NCBI RefSeq assembly: GCF_041956535.1
Contig: NW_027192194.1
Location: forward strand, 674,545-738,544
Direction of reading: 5' to 3'
Source: Calcarisporiella thermophila CBS 279.70
Taxonomy: Eukaryota; Fungi; Calcarisporiellomycota
DNA: 64,000 bases
The notes under the pieces are model-generated. The model saw nothing but the letters and a program-made list of their open reading frames with translations. It was not told where the DNA came from and did not search any database. The translations under genes and the position numbers were made by a program. Below are positions 52,788 to 64,000 of the stretch, piece after piece. The stretch's first letter is position 1. Each line of letters starts with the position of its first letter.

Positions 52788-53479
52788 ATGGGCCTCAAGT
52801 ACAAAACATATCTCAACGGCAGTAAGCACGTGCACGTCTACGGGTGCAATAGTTGCCGTACACATCTCGCCACCAGCGATAAGATTATTTCAAAGGTATC
52901 GATTAAGATAAGTCCTTCTTTCTCTACAAGTTATGTGTTTCCTCCCTAATTTGCTCGCCTACTTTTTTAATTTTCTCGCCGATGGCCCGCACTTTCCTTA
53001 TCACTTTCTCACTTTGTTTTCCTCTCTCATTACTAGAATTTTCATGGTGTGCATGGCCAAGCTTATCTCTTTCACGTAGTGTAAGTTTTTTCTGTTGCTT
53101 AAAGGAAGAGGGAGTTATTTCTGCTCGTGTCCCAAACCAGTTTTTCTTACCCGGCTACAAACATCTTGTTCTGAAATCGCTTTCTCCGCTTCTCCCCGAA
53201 TTTGTTTTAGTGTGAATGTGACCGAGGGCCCTCCCGTCGACCGCAATATGACCACGGGCCGCCACACGGTATGCGACATCTACTGCCTACAGTGCCACTG
53301 CGTGGTGGGCTGGAGATACGTAAGTTGGGCCTCCTCTTTGAAGCTACCACTGATTGCTTAGCTCTCTTCCGCGTCTCTTGCCACCGATCTTCTAGGTGAG
53401 GGCGTTCGAGGAGAGCCAGCGGTACAAGGAGGAAAAGTACATCCTGGAACGAGAGCTGTTGGTGGAGATCAAGGAATGA
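52788..53479 (+). CDS. MOH1: Yippee/Moh1 zinc-binding protein, 4 exons
   Basis: MGLKYKTYLNG..VYGCNSCRTHLA...IISKNFHGVHGQAYLF..VVNV...RNMTTGRHTVCDIYCLQC...GWRYVRAFEESQRYKEEKYILE. Confidence 0.93.
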
Positions 53480-54223
53480 GGTCCGCCGCGTTGCGACCTG
53501 CTCTGCTTCGTCCCTCCCCCCCCCCCAGCTTCGTTTCTCTTTGGCCTTCTCCCTCCTTCTCTCCCTTTTTCTATTCCAATCTGCTCTTATATCATATGTG
53601 TACTATCTGCTTTATTTTTATTTTCTACTATATATAAATTGTGCTTAAAGTGTGCTTTCTTTTATCTTTCCCTTCTTCTTTCAAAGACTTCGAACCTTTT
53701 CGCTATCACCCTTGAATATTTTTTTTGCCTTTACTTTGTAGAATACACGAAGAACTGAAAGAGGTTTCTTTTAAGGCTTATCCGTCTTAGTTTGAGATGG
53801 GGTTCCACGTTTTCTTTCTCCCTCCTTTCCTTCTCTTCTTTCTTTTTTCATTTTGTTTATACTATTGCTTATTGAATCTTATATATATAAAAGTTTTACA
53901 TCAGAAATAGAAAGCACACGGTACTGAAAAAAAGAAGATTAGATCAGATGAAAATAGCATAGACAAAAGGAAATCGGATACAAGTGATTTCTGGAAAGAA
54001 AAAAAAAAAAGGTTCCATTATCACAATTAGACATGTAAAGGAAAAAAAAAAGCAGCAGTGTCCCGAAAACCCAGTGGTAATAAATTTCAAACAAGCCAGT
54101 TCTTCCGTGCTCCAACCTTCATCCTTCCCTCTCTCGACCACCAAAAAAATAAATGTGCAAAGATATCACTCCTCATCCCCCGATTCCATTCCTCGCCGCC
54201 TCTCTCTCCTCTTACAAAACGAC

Positions 54224-55417
54224 CTATCGGTGCTCGTGGTCTTCGGGCAAGAGTGGCGTGGCCTCGGCGGGCAGCTCCTCCACGTCCGGCTCCAGCGGGG
54301 GCGCAAAACAGGGCGGCTCCACCACCCCGTTAAATATAAATGTCCCGTAGATGAGCAGCGAGAACCCAACCACCTGAAGCCAGGCAAAGCGCTCCCACCC
54401 AAGTGACAGCGACACCATCCATATGAACAGCGTCCGGCAGGTATCGATGGTGCTGCGCGCGGTCGCGCTGACGGCGCGCGTGACGCTCAGGCCAAAGAAG
54501 TTGAAAAACGAAATGCTCGCCGCAAAGGCGATGCTCGATGCCCAGAGCTCGGGATGCGCCAGCACCTGACGCCAGCACGCCACGACGTCGAAGTAGCCGC
54601 CGGGATGGCTCACCCCGAGGGTAAAGTGCAGGATGGGCATGGCGGTCAGCACGGTGATGAGCCCAAAGGCGCCCTCCAAACCCACCGCCACCACCGGATA
54701 CACCGAGTAGCGCGACATCAGCTTCTCCTCGATCACAAACTGTGACGCGGTAAACACCTGCGCCCCCAGCACCAGGAGCACGCCCACCACCGACTCCCAG
54801 TGGAAGGGCACCTCCTCCGCCAGCGTGGGGTTCGCCGCCTCGGGGCGCTGCTGCGGAAAGAGGGCCGACGAGAGGCCGACTAGCCCCACCCCGAGCACCA
54901 CCAGAAACAGAGAGTACCACTGGAAGAAGAAGAAGCGGCGCTTGAGGAAGACCACGGAGAAGAGGCCGACAAACAGCACGATGGAGCCGCGCAGCATCTG
55001 GTAGACGGAGGCCGCCGTCAGCAGGAGCCCCACGTTCATGATGGTGGTGCCGGTCAGATCGCACAGCGTCGGCAGCCAGAGCAGCAGCTTCCGCCAGCCT
55101 GTCAGGGGTAGGCCGTCGCCCTCGTCCTTCAGGAGGGCCTCCGCCTCGTTGCCAGCCCCCCCCAGCCCCGCCGCTCCATTTCGCTTTGCTCTTCGCCTCT
55201 GCAGCCATTCCCCGTATTGGAAGGCCAGCAGGCATGCCGCCTCTCCGATGAACATGGTGAGGGTCTGGAAGACCGGCTGCTCAAAGTATCGGCGGGCGGC
55301 AGGATCGGGGGAGTCGCAGTTTTCGACGCACACATTGTCCTGGTACTTGTTGAGGATCGTGTTGAGCACTCCAGTAACCAGCATGCCCATCACTAGGGCT
55401 CTGGTTTTGACGGTCAT
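54224..55417 (-). CDS. DMT-superfamily transporter, SLC35F6-like, intronless
   Basis: MLVTGVLNTILNKYQD; FEQPVFQTLTMFIGE; PTLCDLTGTTIMNVGL; SVYQMLRGS; QFVIEEK; VGLEGAFG; FFNFFGLSVT..SATARSTIDTCRT. Confidence 0.92.
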   Translation of the reverse strand: MTVKTRALVMGMLVTGVLNTILNKYQDNVCVENCDSPDPAARRYFEQPVFQTLTMFIGEAACLLAFQYGEWLQRRRAKRNGAAGLGGAGNEAEALLKDEGDGLPLTGWRKLLLWLPTLCDLTGTTIMNVGLLLTAASVYQMLRGSIVLFVGLFSVVFLKRRFFFFQWYSLFLVVLGVGLVGLSSALFPQQRPEAANPTLAEEVPFHWESVVGVLLVLGAQVFTASQFVIEEKLMSRYSVYPVVAVGLEGAFGLITVLTAMPILHFTLGVSHPGGYFDVVACWRQVLAHPELWASSIAFAASISFFNFFGLSVTRAVSATARSTIDTCRTLFIWMVSLSLGWERFAWLQVVGFSLLIYGTFIFNGVVEPPCFAPPLEPDVEELPAEATPLLPEDHEHR

Positions 55418-55956
55418 TGGGGATGATGATTCTTGTGTCCGTGAGGGGGGGAGGATTGAGTAAATGGGGGAGGGGAGCTAGTCAAGCGCAAAGGAGGGGA
55501 TTTCAAACTAGAGTAAAGGGTCAGCAAGCTGATCAACCTCCAAGAATGGTTGGATATGTGAAAAATGAGGCGTGAATTTGGGAGGGTCTTGCGTGATAGG
55601 GCTAGGTTTCGGTTGAACCCATCCTGTTCCCTTTTGGAAGGCTGATAGAGCTTGTCCCTTGAATCTCCGGAAGGCCGGTCTCAACCCAGTTCAAGGCATA
55701 AATCTTTCAGCCGCCTCCCGTGATAGAGAATGGACGCTAACGCCTTTTATTATAATGGAAAAATAAAATGAATTCAGAAAAATATCAGAGCACCATGGGC
55801 AATAGAGGGAACTTGAGATATTATAGAGGAAAGGGGTTTTCTGTTTTTTAGATTTTTTTTTTCGAGTTTTCATAGGTTTTTTTTTTCACTTCGCTAAGCT
55901 AACTGCAATAAACGATAGAGGGGGATGGGAAGGGAGGGTGAGAGAGCGAGAGGAGG

Positions 55957-57635
55957 CTAGTGCTTCCACACCTTATGCTCGAGGAGCATTTCGTTTTGGG
56001 GAGCAAGGCCAACACATGCGCGGAAAATATTCTCCATGGCCATACGCTGCTTACTAAGGGCGTTCACCACCGGGGTGCCGGGGGGGACCATGGGGGCCTT
56101 GAGCATGACTAGAGGCACAACCAAAAAAAAAACAAAGGCAGAGAAAAGTGAGAAAAACAATGCGCATGGACAGAGGTTCAGGTCAAGCGCTTACAGCTGA
56201 GGATGCTCAAGACGGAGTGGAAGGGGGCGTAGTCGGCCATGTCGTCGGTGCGGTACTCGATGCGGGTCATCAGCTCGGTGATGAGCACCAGGTCGAGGAT
56301 GAGGGGCGAGGCCAGCAGCGAGTCCTCGCACATGTTGTAGATGGAGATGACGCTCTTGCCGCCCATGAAGATCTCGGAGTAGTACTCGTCGAGGGCGCGC
56401 TTCGAGTCGCCCACGCTCTTCACATACTTGATGACGACCACGTGGTCGGGGTGCTCTCCGGGCGCGTAGAGGATCTGGTTGGCGGCGACCATGTCGTCCA
56501 CGACGCTGCTCTTGGAGATCTCCTTCGAGCGGAACTGCGCGTGGGACGAGAGGTTCATGCCGTCGTTGTTGCCGAGGTGGTTGTACGACGTGATCCCGAT
56601 GGGCTTGATGCCCGCGTTGACGAGGAAGTCGACGAGCACGGACTTCACCTTGGTCTGGCCGGACTTGAAGTCGTCGCCGCCGATGTACACGCGCTCGCGC
56701 TCCGCCAGCTCCACCACCCCCGGCACAAATGTGTTCTGGGGCGACCCGTTCACGAAGGGGACGCGCTCCAGGATGCACGCCAGGGCGAAGATGGTGGAGG
56801 GGGCGATCTCCGAGTGCGACTCGCGGACCGCGCGCAGGATGTTGTCGGCCGTGTCGTTCACGTTGGGGAGGATGTCGGCGTAGCGCTCCGTGTTGGCCGT
56901 CCACACCACGATCACCGAGTCGAGGCCGTGGCGCTCGCGGAACTCGCGGATGTCCTTGCGGATCTGGTCCAGGTGGGCCTGCTTGTCGGCGCCGGGGATG
57001 AGGTTGTCGGCGCGCTCCGACTGGTTGGCCGCGATGAAGTCGGGGTAGTAGATGGAGGGCAAGGGCTTCATGCCCGCCATCTCCTCGTGCACTTGGCGCT
57101 GGAGGTCGTAGTCGAGGACCTGGGCCCGCTCCATGGCTCTGGCGAGGTCGTGCCCGCTAATGTCCCAGCCCCCGAGGGCGATGTCGTTGGGGTGCACCAT
57201 GGGCAGGATGTCCGAGAACGGGAGGTACACGTCCTGGCCCTTGGCGTCGACCCCGAGCTTCAGCGTCGAGGCCATGACCACCGAGCCGAAATAGTTCGGG
57301 TGCTTCACGCCCTCCTTGGTGCGCCAGCTGAGCCCTCGGCGGTTCGCGATGATGGACGCGGTGAGGGTGGAGCCGTTGTTGCCGCCCCACCCCACCATCA
57401 TCAGGCCCAGCTTGGGCACGCGTCGATCGGTGCGGAAGTGGTAGGTCGTCTTGGTCGGCGTGACTCGGAGGCTAGCGCTGCGCTCGTCCCGGGTCACCCG
57501 AGCATTTTCGTAGACATAGTCGGAGAGAATGTGCGTGTCCGTGTACCGCACGTTGTCCGAGTCGACCTGGAAGGCCAGGGGCGAGGCGGAGGACTCGGCA
57601 CGTTCGTAGGAGAAGTCGGCAGTGTTGGGAGGCAT
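55957..57635 (-). CDS. INO1: Myo-inositol-1-phosphate synthase, 2 exons
   Basis: GWGGNNG; VWTANTERY; [11 protein letters not shown]; [10 protein letters not shown]; [10 protein letters not shown]; CEDSLLA; last exon FMLKAP...NALSKQR. Confidence 0.98.
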
Positions 57636-58348
57636 GGTTATCTTTTCTTTTTAGAGGGGAGAATGGATTCCGGGGAGGAAAATTACGGGTGGAGGAGGAG
57701 AAGAGATAAGGGGGGGGGGATAGAGAATACGAGATAGCAAAGAAAATTAAAAGGCTGGATAATGCCCGTTGGAGTGCGCTGTTTAATGGATTATTCGAGG
57801 GCGGTCACCGAGCCTCTTCCTTCCCCGGTAAGGGTTGTGAGTGCTTGAGAGTAGATTGGCGAACCTAGAGAATCATCAAAGAGCTATTAGAATGCATTCT
57901 CATTGCGCTGCATGAGGAGGCAAGATGCAGGCCGCCATGAGCACTTACGTGGTGGTAAGCCTTTGTTCGGCGCCGAATGTTAACGCCGAGATATCAACAG
58001 TGAGATGGGGGAGATGTTTTGAGAGAGGTGGAGAGAAAAGGGGTCAAGAAATAGTCAAGATGGCGAGCTTATTCAAAGGCTAATAACTCTTAGGAAAAAG
58101 CTTGTGATGAATTGAAATCAAAGTTGGGACAGGGAATCTGCATGCGGCTTTTATTTGCCGTTCCTGAGCCCTTCTAAGATGTTGGGGTTGGGAAGGGGGG
58201 GGGAGGAAAATCCCCTGGAGCCTCGTATTTCGGCCAGACACTTGGGCCAATGAAGGGGGGCCGTGTGCGAGAATTAACACAAACATCCAAAATAGAACAC
58301 AAAATCAAAACAGCGCAGTCGCGCGGCTATTTTATTTGCCCCCCCAGC

Positions 58349-60005
58349 CTACAGCTGCTGGTGAAACTCCTCAACCGCCTCCTCCAAAATCCGAACTCCC
58401 TGGTCAGCCTCTTCACGTGTCAGCACCAGCGGCGGCACCACCCGAATGGTGTTTTTGCCCGCGGTGATGATGAGCAGCCCGCGCTCGCGCGCCAGGTTGG
58501 TGAGCGGGGTGGGGTCGCGCGTGAACTGCACGCCCAGAATCAAGCCTCTCCCGCGGATCTCCGTGATGAGCGAGGGGTATTTCTGCCGAAGCGTGTCGAG
58601 GCGCGCCCGCAGGTGGTCGCCGACGGTGCGCACGTTGTCGAGGACCGGCTGGCTGCTGAGGCGGGAGAAGACCTTGCGCGCGACGCTACAGGCGAGCGGA
58701 TTGCCGCCAAACGTGGTCCCGTGTTCCCCTATCACAAAGCAAATCAGTAACCGTGGCCCAAAAAAGAATCAATTCCCTTCCATCCGTCCGGCCGTGGATG
58801 GCTTGCTCACCTAGCTTGATCACATCAGCCACCCTTTCGCTGACCAGAATGGCGCCGATGGGGACGCCGTTCGCCAGGGGCTTTGCGACGGTCAAGATGT
58901 CGGGCCGAATGTCTTCCTGCAGGTGCTGGTGGGCCCAGACCTTGCCGGTGCGAGATAGGCCGCACTATTAGGGAGAGGGGATCCAAAGAAGAAGGGTTAG
59001 TAAGCATGCGATGTGCAGAGCAAATCCTCCCAACGGCCATCTACCTGGATCTCATCGAAGATCAAGAGCGCGCCCACCTCATCGCATTTACGCCGCAGCT
59101 CACGCAAGAACTCTTCGCTCGCAACGTGTACGCCGCCCTCGCCCTGGATGGGCTCCACGATCACCGCACACGTCTCTGGTGTGATTAGCTCGCGGATGCC
59201 GGCGACGTCGTTGTAGCGCCCGTGCTTCACTCCTGGGATCAGCGGGGCGAATGGCTTCTGATACTTTGGGTTGGGGGTCACGGAGAGGGCGCCCATGGAG
59301 CGGCCATGGAAGCCGCCCTCGAACGAAACAATCTCCCAGCGCGTCCTTCCATCCTGTTCCGCTAGATGTTTCCCCCACTTTCGGGCAAACTTCAGCGCGC
59401 CCTCATTGGCCTCAGTGCCCGAGTTGGAAAAGAACACCCGCTGCATTCCGGGGGCGGCCTCGATCAATTGCTGGGCCAGTTCCCCGGCATGCTCATTGTG
59501 GTAGAGATTCGACAGGTGGACGACCCGATTGGCCTGCTCGTACAGCGTCTGGGCGACCTCGGGATCGGCATGGCCCAGGGCATTGACCGAGATCCCGGCG
59601 GTAAAGTCGAGGTAACGGCGATTAGCGCTGTCAAAGACGTAGCAGCCCTTGCCGTGGGTGAAGATTAACGGGGGGCGCGCATAGACATTGACCGTATACT
59701 GGGCATAGCGTTTGAGGGCTTGAGCGGTCTCCGGGTTTGTCTCAGCATCTAGATGCGTCTAGGAAATCATGGGGTAAGTGGCCCTCTCTTTTCACAAGCA
59801 CAGTGGACCCCTTACCTTTTTCCCGGCGAATCTCGAGCTTGTCGCACTCAAGCAGCGAATCTTAGGAGTCGCCATTCCATCAATACCAAGAGGTTACCAT
59901 GTTGCCATCGGGGTGGAGAAGAACAATACTTACTGTGGTCGGGGTACGGCTTGTGAGAGCTTGCGGGAGCATCCGCAGCCGCGCTAGGCTCTGGATTCGG
60001 TTCAT
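58349..60005 (-). CDS. ARG8: Acetylornithine aminotransferase, mitochondrial, multi-exon
   Basis: Presequence [13 protein letters not shown]; [15 protein letters not shown]; [18 protein letters not shown]; FHGRSMG; EPIQGEGG; FDEIQCGLSRTG; AKPLANG; [10 protein letters not shown]. Confidence 0.96.
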
Positions 60006-60533
60006 TACCGGTTAGTCGTTTAGGATAGAGAAGGCTGGCACGTTGGCACGGGGGAAAAAGGGGCGAGAAGGGAAGAATGCAATGAATAGGAGAGTATGAA
60101 AAGTAGTAATATCAAGAGAACAGGCCAAGAGGACGAGGGGTTACCTAACCTTGCCCCTGTCCGCAGGCGAATGGGAAAGTGAGCAATTAATTTTTTCTCA
60201 TCATTACTATGTCTAAGCTGGATCTGGCTGGCTCCGAATTCTCTCGGCCCCAAAATCGATGAGGTGGGGGGGAGGAGTTTGAAGCAAATCATGCGAGTTT
60301 CGACCACGACGTCTCCCCCCCCCCTCCCGTGTCTTGCTCGCCATGGGCCGCCCTGTTTTGATATAGGGGCCGTGAAGGAGCCCGCCGTCGACGCCCCCGG
60401 CCTTGTTTGATTCGGAGGCCTTCAATCACAGTCATGCTTTTTGCTTGGATATGGATCCCGTCCACCCGTCTCTGAAATCGTTGGTTTTATTCTACAAAGG
60501 TCATAGGTCTTGGAGTGTCCATCAAGAAAAAGC

Positions 60534-60582
60534 ACACACACAAACACACACACACACAAACAAACAAACACAAAAAACAAAA
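60534..60582. repeat. (CA)n/(CAAA)n microsatellite
   Basis: cacacacacaaacacacacacacacaaacaaacaaacac directly visible. Confidence 0.85.
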
Positions 60583-60768
60583 TAAAGACATCAAAGCAAT
60601 GCAGGATATTGTCCTTGTATATATGTATAGCTTTATACTGTGTTATATATTAAAACGGGTCGCCCCGGCTGCAGTCCCCGGCGGAACCGCGGTTGCCTCT
60701 TCCGTGCCATTCGATGTTGCACCCGCGCTCCCCTCGCTACACATGCGGAGGAGTGAGTCGGGTTGAAG

Positions 60769-61992
60769 TCATCCGGTGGTCACGTTCGTGGTAGCATGGG
60801 AATTAAGCATGGGGTGGTGGGGCATCGCAAGCCCTTGGGAATAGAAGTCGATGCTATCGCCGAGGGGGGCGGCCCCGATCTTGGCGGGGAGGATGGGGGT
60901 GGCGGGGGCGGCGGGGAGGATGGGGGTGGCGGGGGCGGCGGGGGGGGCGGAGGAATGGATGGGCGTGGTATCATTAGCAGCGGGGGTGGCGCCGGAGTAC
61001 AGGTTATAGAGGATTTGCTGGTGGGAGGAGTCGGTGGGGGTGGAAATAAATATCGAGGGGCGGTCGCTCTCCTTCAAGTGGGGTTGCTCGAAGTGTCCAT
61101 TGGAGGGGGTGGCGGAGGCGACGCTTGGCTGGCGCGTGACGTGCTCCATTAAACTCTTTAGCATCTGCTGCTGCATCGCTTGCCGCCGGCGCGTCTCGTT
61201 CAGCACGCGCATCATCTCGCCCAGGTTCTCCTGCAGCGCCGACATTTGCTGCATCATATCCTGCTGGGACACCTGCATCATGGCCACGTGCGACTGAAGG
61301 TCGCAGGCGTCACGGCGGGTCTCGTCGAGGGCCTTCCGCTTGATCTCCTCAAGGAGGTCGGGGCGCCCGCGCAGGAACCGGCTATGGCTGAACTCCCATA
61401 TCTGATTTTCCGAGTTGGTGCGTTGCCCGCGCGGCGATTTGTTGACCTTGTGGAAGCCATACCTAGGGGGAGGGGGAAAAGGTCAGCCAACTCCTCTCCA
61501 CAATACTAGACTCTGCCGATGGGGCCTACTTACATGTTCAGTTGCCGGACAAAGCTCGAGAAGTTGTTGTGTTTGAAGTGGAGGGGGAGGACTTGTCTTG
61601 AGAATTCCGCAATATTACACACAATGAATGAGGTGCCCAGGTAGTTCCACGCTAAGAGATGATTATGCTTGTTATCATTGACCATACTAAAGAGAGGGGG
61701 GGGGGGGAGGGAAGGGAGAAGGGGAGAGGTCAGTTATCAGGGCCGGATGAAATGGACATTCCATGCTCGATGCTTACTTATACAATTTATGTACGAATGT
61801 GTTTTGGTTGCTAGGATTGTTGGACTTGCTTGGGGTTTGCATGGCTGGGGGCTGCAGCATCATGGCCCCCATCCCATACTCGTCCAGCCTGGGTGAATCT
61901 ATGGAAAATGGAGATGTGGGGGAGGGAATGGGGGAGGGGGAGTGGTTGGTGATGAGGGCATTCAGCGAGGGCTGTTTGTACATTTCACTCAT
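60769..61992 (-). CDS. HSF-type DNA-binding transcription factor with coiled coil, 3 exons
   Basis: NTFVHKLYNMV...AWNYLGTSFIV...[30 protein letters not shown]...WEFSH..FLRGRPDLLEEIKRK, followed by a heptad region. Confidence 0.95.
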
Positions 61993-63752
61993 GGAGCAAG
62001 GGTAATGGCGCAACGCAAAATGAGAAGTATTCAGGGCTGAGCAGCTGGAAGGGGGAATGAGCAGAAAAAGCAAGGGCAGCAGGCGGCAAGGGCAGGGGCT
62101 ATGGCAATGACGGAGGGGAAAGGCAATGGGGAGAGGCTGTTTGCAAATGCAATGGGCAAATCGTGCAGAGCAACGGAGGGGGAGCACGGCAAAGGCAAGT
62201 ACTTAAAATAGAGGACGCATGTGGACACGGACTGCCTTTTTGAAGGTGACTGTGCGGCTAAGCAAACCTTATCTCCAGCGGACACAAAAGGGAACCGGGA
62301 GGGCTGGGCTCCCGCGAACAGAGCAGCGGCTGGACAGCTTAGGGGCAGGCCGTGGGTCATTATCTAATCGGGCCGCCCGGCTCCCTGCGCGCTAACAAAC
62401 AAACGCTGGACGCTTTGTGCGATGGTGCTGTGAAACCGGCATCCAGGTTCTCAGGCCTGGCTGCCTGCTACCCGCTGTCATCACCCCCGTGCGCCGGGGG
62501 GGTTTCGACACCGCTGGGCCGGTCCCTGGGAGCGGTTCATTTGCGTCACGCGATCCATCCTGCTCGCGTCGCCCGAGCACGCATCCCAAGGCCCTGGCCC
62601 TTATCCTGTGCTCTCCTTGCAAAGCACGGGGCCGGTCTGAAACATGCAAATGGCACTCCGAGAGGGGGTTCTGACAGGCCAGAAGGGCCCGCCGTGCCCA
62701 TTCGACGCGCCCGATAAGCTTTCAAACTCATCCCCCCCAAATCCCCTGCCCGCTCGCCCACAACGTGGGCCTCGCCTTCCCCCGTCACCAACCAGCGCGC
62801 GCACCCTCGGGCGGATCACGCCATCCATGCCTAGGTTTCCAACCTACCCGCCCGCCCCTGATTGGTGCATTTCCCCGGCCGGATTTGGACTTATTAAATT
62901 TCATTTTCATTTCCACCTGGTCTTGATCCCATTTTCCTCACGCACCCAACCCCTTCTCACGAGAGCTCCCCTTCCCCTTCCTCTTGCTATTTAGGGCCGC
63001 CAGCCTCTTTGCTTGCTCTTCTCGCGCCTTCTCCCCCCTGCCCCCCTCTTGCCTTGTTCCTTGCAACACCAGCAGCTAATCCCATCATTCAATGTCGCGC
63101 ATTTTGGTGCTAGGAGTGATCCTGCTCGCCGTCGCCACGGTGTGCTGGGCCGTCCCCGTGCCATCCGATTCCAAAAAGGATGACGCAGAGCTGAAGAAGC
63201 GCGCATTCTGCGGTGGAGATCCCACCCCCCAGTGCCATGGCCGTCGCCATGGTGGTCATCACTAATTCAACTGTTTTTTTTTCATTTTTGCAGTCTTACT
63301 AATTCTCTTTTGGTCTCCTTAATCTCATGTTGGTTGGATGTAACCCTTAAGTTATTCTTATTTTGGTCTGTGTCTCTCCTTGATTGTCCCCCGTCCCCCT
63401 CTCCTTCCACGGACATGCATGTCTAGTCCCTCTTCCCCCCTCTCTCATTTTTTTTATATATCTATCCCCATATTTAGCGTAGCCGTCGCTGTTTGGTTTT
63501 CGTTTACTAGTACCTAATCCATTGTGCTGTATAATTGGGTTGTTGTTTTTATTCCTTCTTTTCATTACTCAATCATAATCTTTCACTGCAATGGCCTTAT
63601 CTATTATATATATATAAGTAAAAGAACAAATCAGAATCGTTTCACAAATGTGTATAGTCGTGTGTATAGAGGTTGGGGGAGAGAGAGAGAGAAAGAGAGA
63701 GAGGAGCGGGGGGAGGGGGAGAGGGGCAGAGCCCGAGTCTATCCGTGGCCGG

Positions 63753-64000
63753 TCATACGGCCTTTGGGTTCCGTGACATCCGCCTGGCTAATAGGATGAA
63801 GAAGAGGGTGTACTCCGTCAGCTCCTCCTTGATCATGAAGAGCAATGCCTGCGAGAGGACGGCCTTGGTGATTTGTGCTTGCATTCCCTAATGGGGCATC
63901 AAGAAAAAAAAGAGGGCCTCCGCCAATCAGTCACCATCGCTCGTGGAGGGCGCAACCTCCTCTCGGCAATCCCTTACCTTGTACCATCCGGACACTCCCT
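63753..64000 (-). CDS. ANT1: Mitochondrial-carrier-family protein, peroxisomal adenine nucleotide transporter-like (3' end only)
   Basis: EGVSGWYK|gtaagg...ttag|GMQAQITKAVLSQALLFMIKEELT...*, the final carrier repeat typical of Ant1/PMP47/SLC25A17. Confidence 0.75.

Noticed and set aside
54330-55235. 301-aa alternative-frame ORF in the SLC35F6-like gene
   Set aside because: R/G/A/P-rich frame-shifted shadow of a GC-rich CDS.
56148-57737. 529-aa plus-strand ORF antisense to INO1
   Set aside because: Shadow ORF caused by extreme GC3 in INO1; the translation is V/G/H/D-rich with no motifs.
1-64000. CRISPR arrays, tRNA/rRNA genes, intact transposons, U12-type introns
   Set aside because: No repeat-spacer arrays, cloverleaf/T-loop signatures, rRNA motifs, transposase/RT motifs or RTATCCTT donors were seen at the intron junctions examined.

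Overview
Gene-dense eukaryotic nuclear DNA with short GT-AG introns. It is very probably from an early-diverging fungus (Mucoromycota-like), judged from the Pil1-family, Opy2, CigA-like, chitin synthase, NCE101 and HSF-type genes. About 27 protein-coding genes can be reconstructed by joining ORF fragments across introns. They are an MFS transporter (partial), an RD-repeat protein, folliculin, a membrane PHP-domain protein, an AZF1-like zinc finger, YDJ1, a Pil1-like protein, a GPI-anchored wall protein, a LIM/C1/RhoGAP, NIC96, MCC alpha, OPY2, COX16, NCE101, an O-fucosyltransferase-like protein, NPT1, an MFSD10-like transporter, ACR3, ACR2, chitin synthase, CK2 beta, GlyRS, a SAM methyltransferase, SDT1, Yippee, an SLC35F6-like transporter, INO1, ARG8, an HSF-type factor and ANT1 (partial). 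The most interesting signals are: (1) a ~750-nt GC-rich, densely base-paired, TATA-preceded non-coding region at ~2.2-3.0 kb that looks like an unclassified large structured RNA; (2) a GA-AG non-canonical intron required to make SDT1; (3) a divergent ACR3/ACR2 arsenic-resistance pair with central palindromes; (4) an intronless, bacterial-looking methyltransferase; (5) strong regional GC/codon-usage domains. All assignments are from motif recognition by eye; no searches were run.
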